Shown here piece after piece: positions 63,636 to 64,000 of a stretch of DNA of 64,000 nucleotides. This DNA is from Dehalococcoidia bacterium (GTDB lineage Bacteria > Chloroflexota > Dehalococcoidia > Lucifugimonadales > UBA3495). A program made the position numbers and the translations under genes. Within the stretch, counting starts at the first letter, position 1. Every line of letters starts with the position of its first letter. Where the stretch lies: contig CBDFLG010000001.1 of assembly GCA_965249065.1 (NCBI GenBank), positions 1,286,646-1,350,645 of the forward strand, written 5' to 3'. The notes under the pieces are model-generated. The model saw only the letters and a list, made by a program, of their open reading frames with translations, made no database searches and was not told the origin of the DNA.

Positions 63636-63998
63636 ATGGCAACGCTGCTCGCCACCCGTCCGGAAAAGGCCGCCTCCCACTCAGGCCGCACCCTCAACGA
63701 TGACGCTTCGGAATTCTACCATTACGAGGACAACGGCTGCGAAGCCTCGGACTCCTGCCTCGATTGCCCACTGCCCCGGTGCAAATACGACGACCCCACT
63801 TGGTATCAGCGCAACCGGCGCTTGGCCCGGGACTTCAGAATCATCCACGTCATGAAGCAGGAATCCTTGAGCATCGAAGCCACGGCGGAACGCTTTTCCG
63901 TCACCGTGCGGACCGTCTTTCGCATAATTCAGCGCTGCCGCGAAGCCACCACGATGCAGGGCGACGCCGCCAGCGGAGGAATGCTCTTCGCCGCCTAG
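63636..63998 (+). CDS. small Cys-cluster plus helix-turn-helix protein
   Basis: C-x6-C-x2-C-x4-C (CEASDSCLDCPLPRC) followed by the HTH-like LSIEATAERFSVTVRTVFRIIQRC. GAGAGGAAATT lies before the ATG. Confidence 0.6.
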   Translation: MATLLATRPEKAASHSGRTLNDDASEFYHYEDNGCEASDSCLDCPLPRCKYDDPTWYQRNRRLARDFRIIHVMKQESLSIEATAERFSVTVRTVFRIIQRCREATTMQGDAASGGMLFAA

Positions 63999-64000
63999 TC

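Overview
High-GC (about 60%) bacterial chromosomal segment. The gene content (two CaiB-type CoA-transferases, crotonases, MaoC hydratases, an LLM oxidoreductase, amidase/M20 hydrolases, DUF1800/DUF1501, PolX) is reminiscent of marine Chloroflexota of the SAR202 type, but that taxonomy is a guess. All protein family calls come from motif recognition by eye; no searches were run. Core genes are valS (5' part, missing from the ORF track), polX, tRNA-Phe(GAA), pcrA, an arginine cluster argJ-argB-argD-argG, several aminotransferases and acyl-CoA metabolism operons. No rRNA genes and no CRISPR array are present.

Lower-GC accessory patches and decayed mobile DNA are interleaved with the core genes:
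- IS110-, IS5-, IS3- and IS1182-like remnants.
- A decayed type I R-M locus that still carries intact DUF4160/DUF2442 and PIN modules.
- A hicB-hicB-hicA module.
- A 967-aa nuclease-like/N6-methyltransferase fusion sitting antisense inside the arg cluster.

Observations most worth follow-up:
1. A 113-codon gene (62265..62606) with an in-frame UGA followed directly by a SECIS-like hairpin, making it a candidate selenoprotein.
2. A three-fold tandem array of a small HEPN/PaREP1-like gene. Each unit ends in a nearly invariant 137-nt block that includes a stub of the downstream hit gene, and the array lies upstream of a translationally coupled HIT-YqeK pair.
3. The arg cluster is interrupted at three points. 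One insertion is flanked by a 63-nt direct repeat of the 3' end of the 967-aa gene.
4. A promoter/5'-gene module with phased 10-bp CCGGRAATGR repeats, present at 4.6 kb and 48.1 kb.
5. An intact tRNA-Phe and an inverted, T-arm-destroyed tRNA-Phe-like copy with encoded CCA, 29.7 kb apart.
6. A single-chain triple RidA fusion.
7. A broken voltage-gated Na-channel gene.
8. An AT-rich block that creates a chimeric ORF.
9. Three palindromic repeat families.
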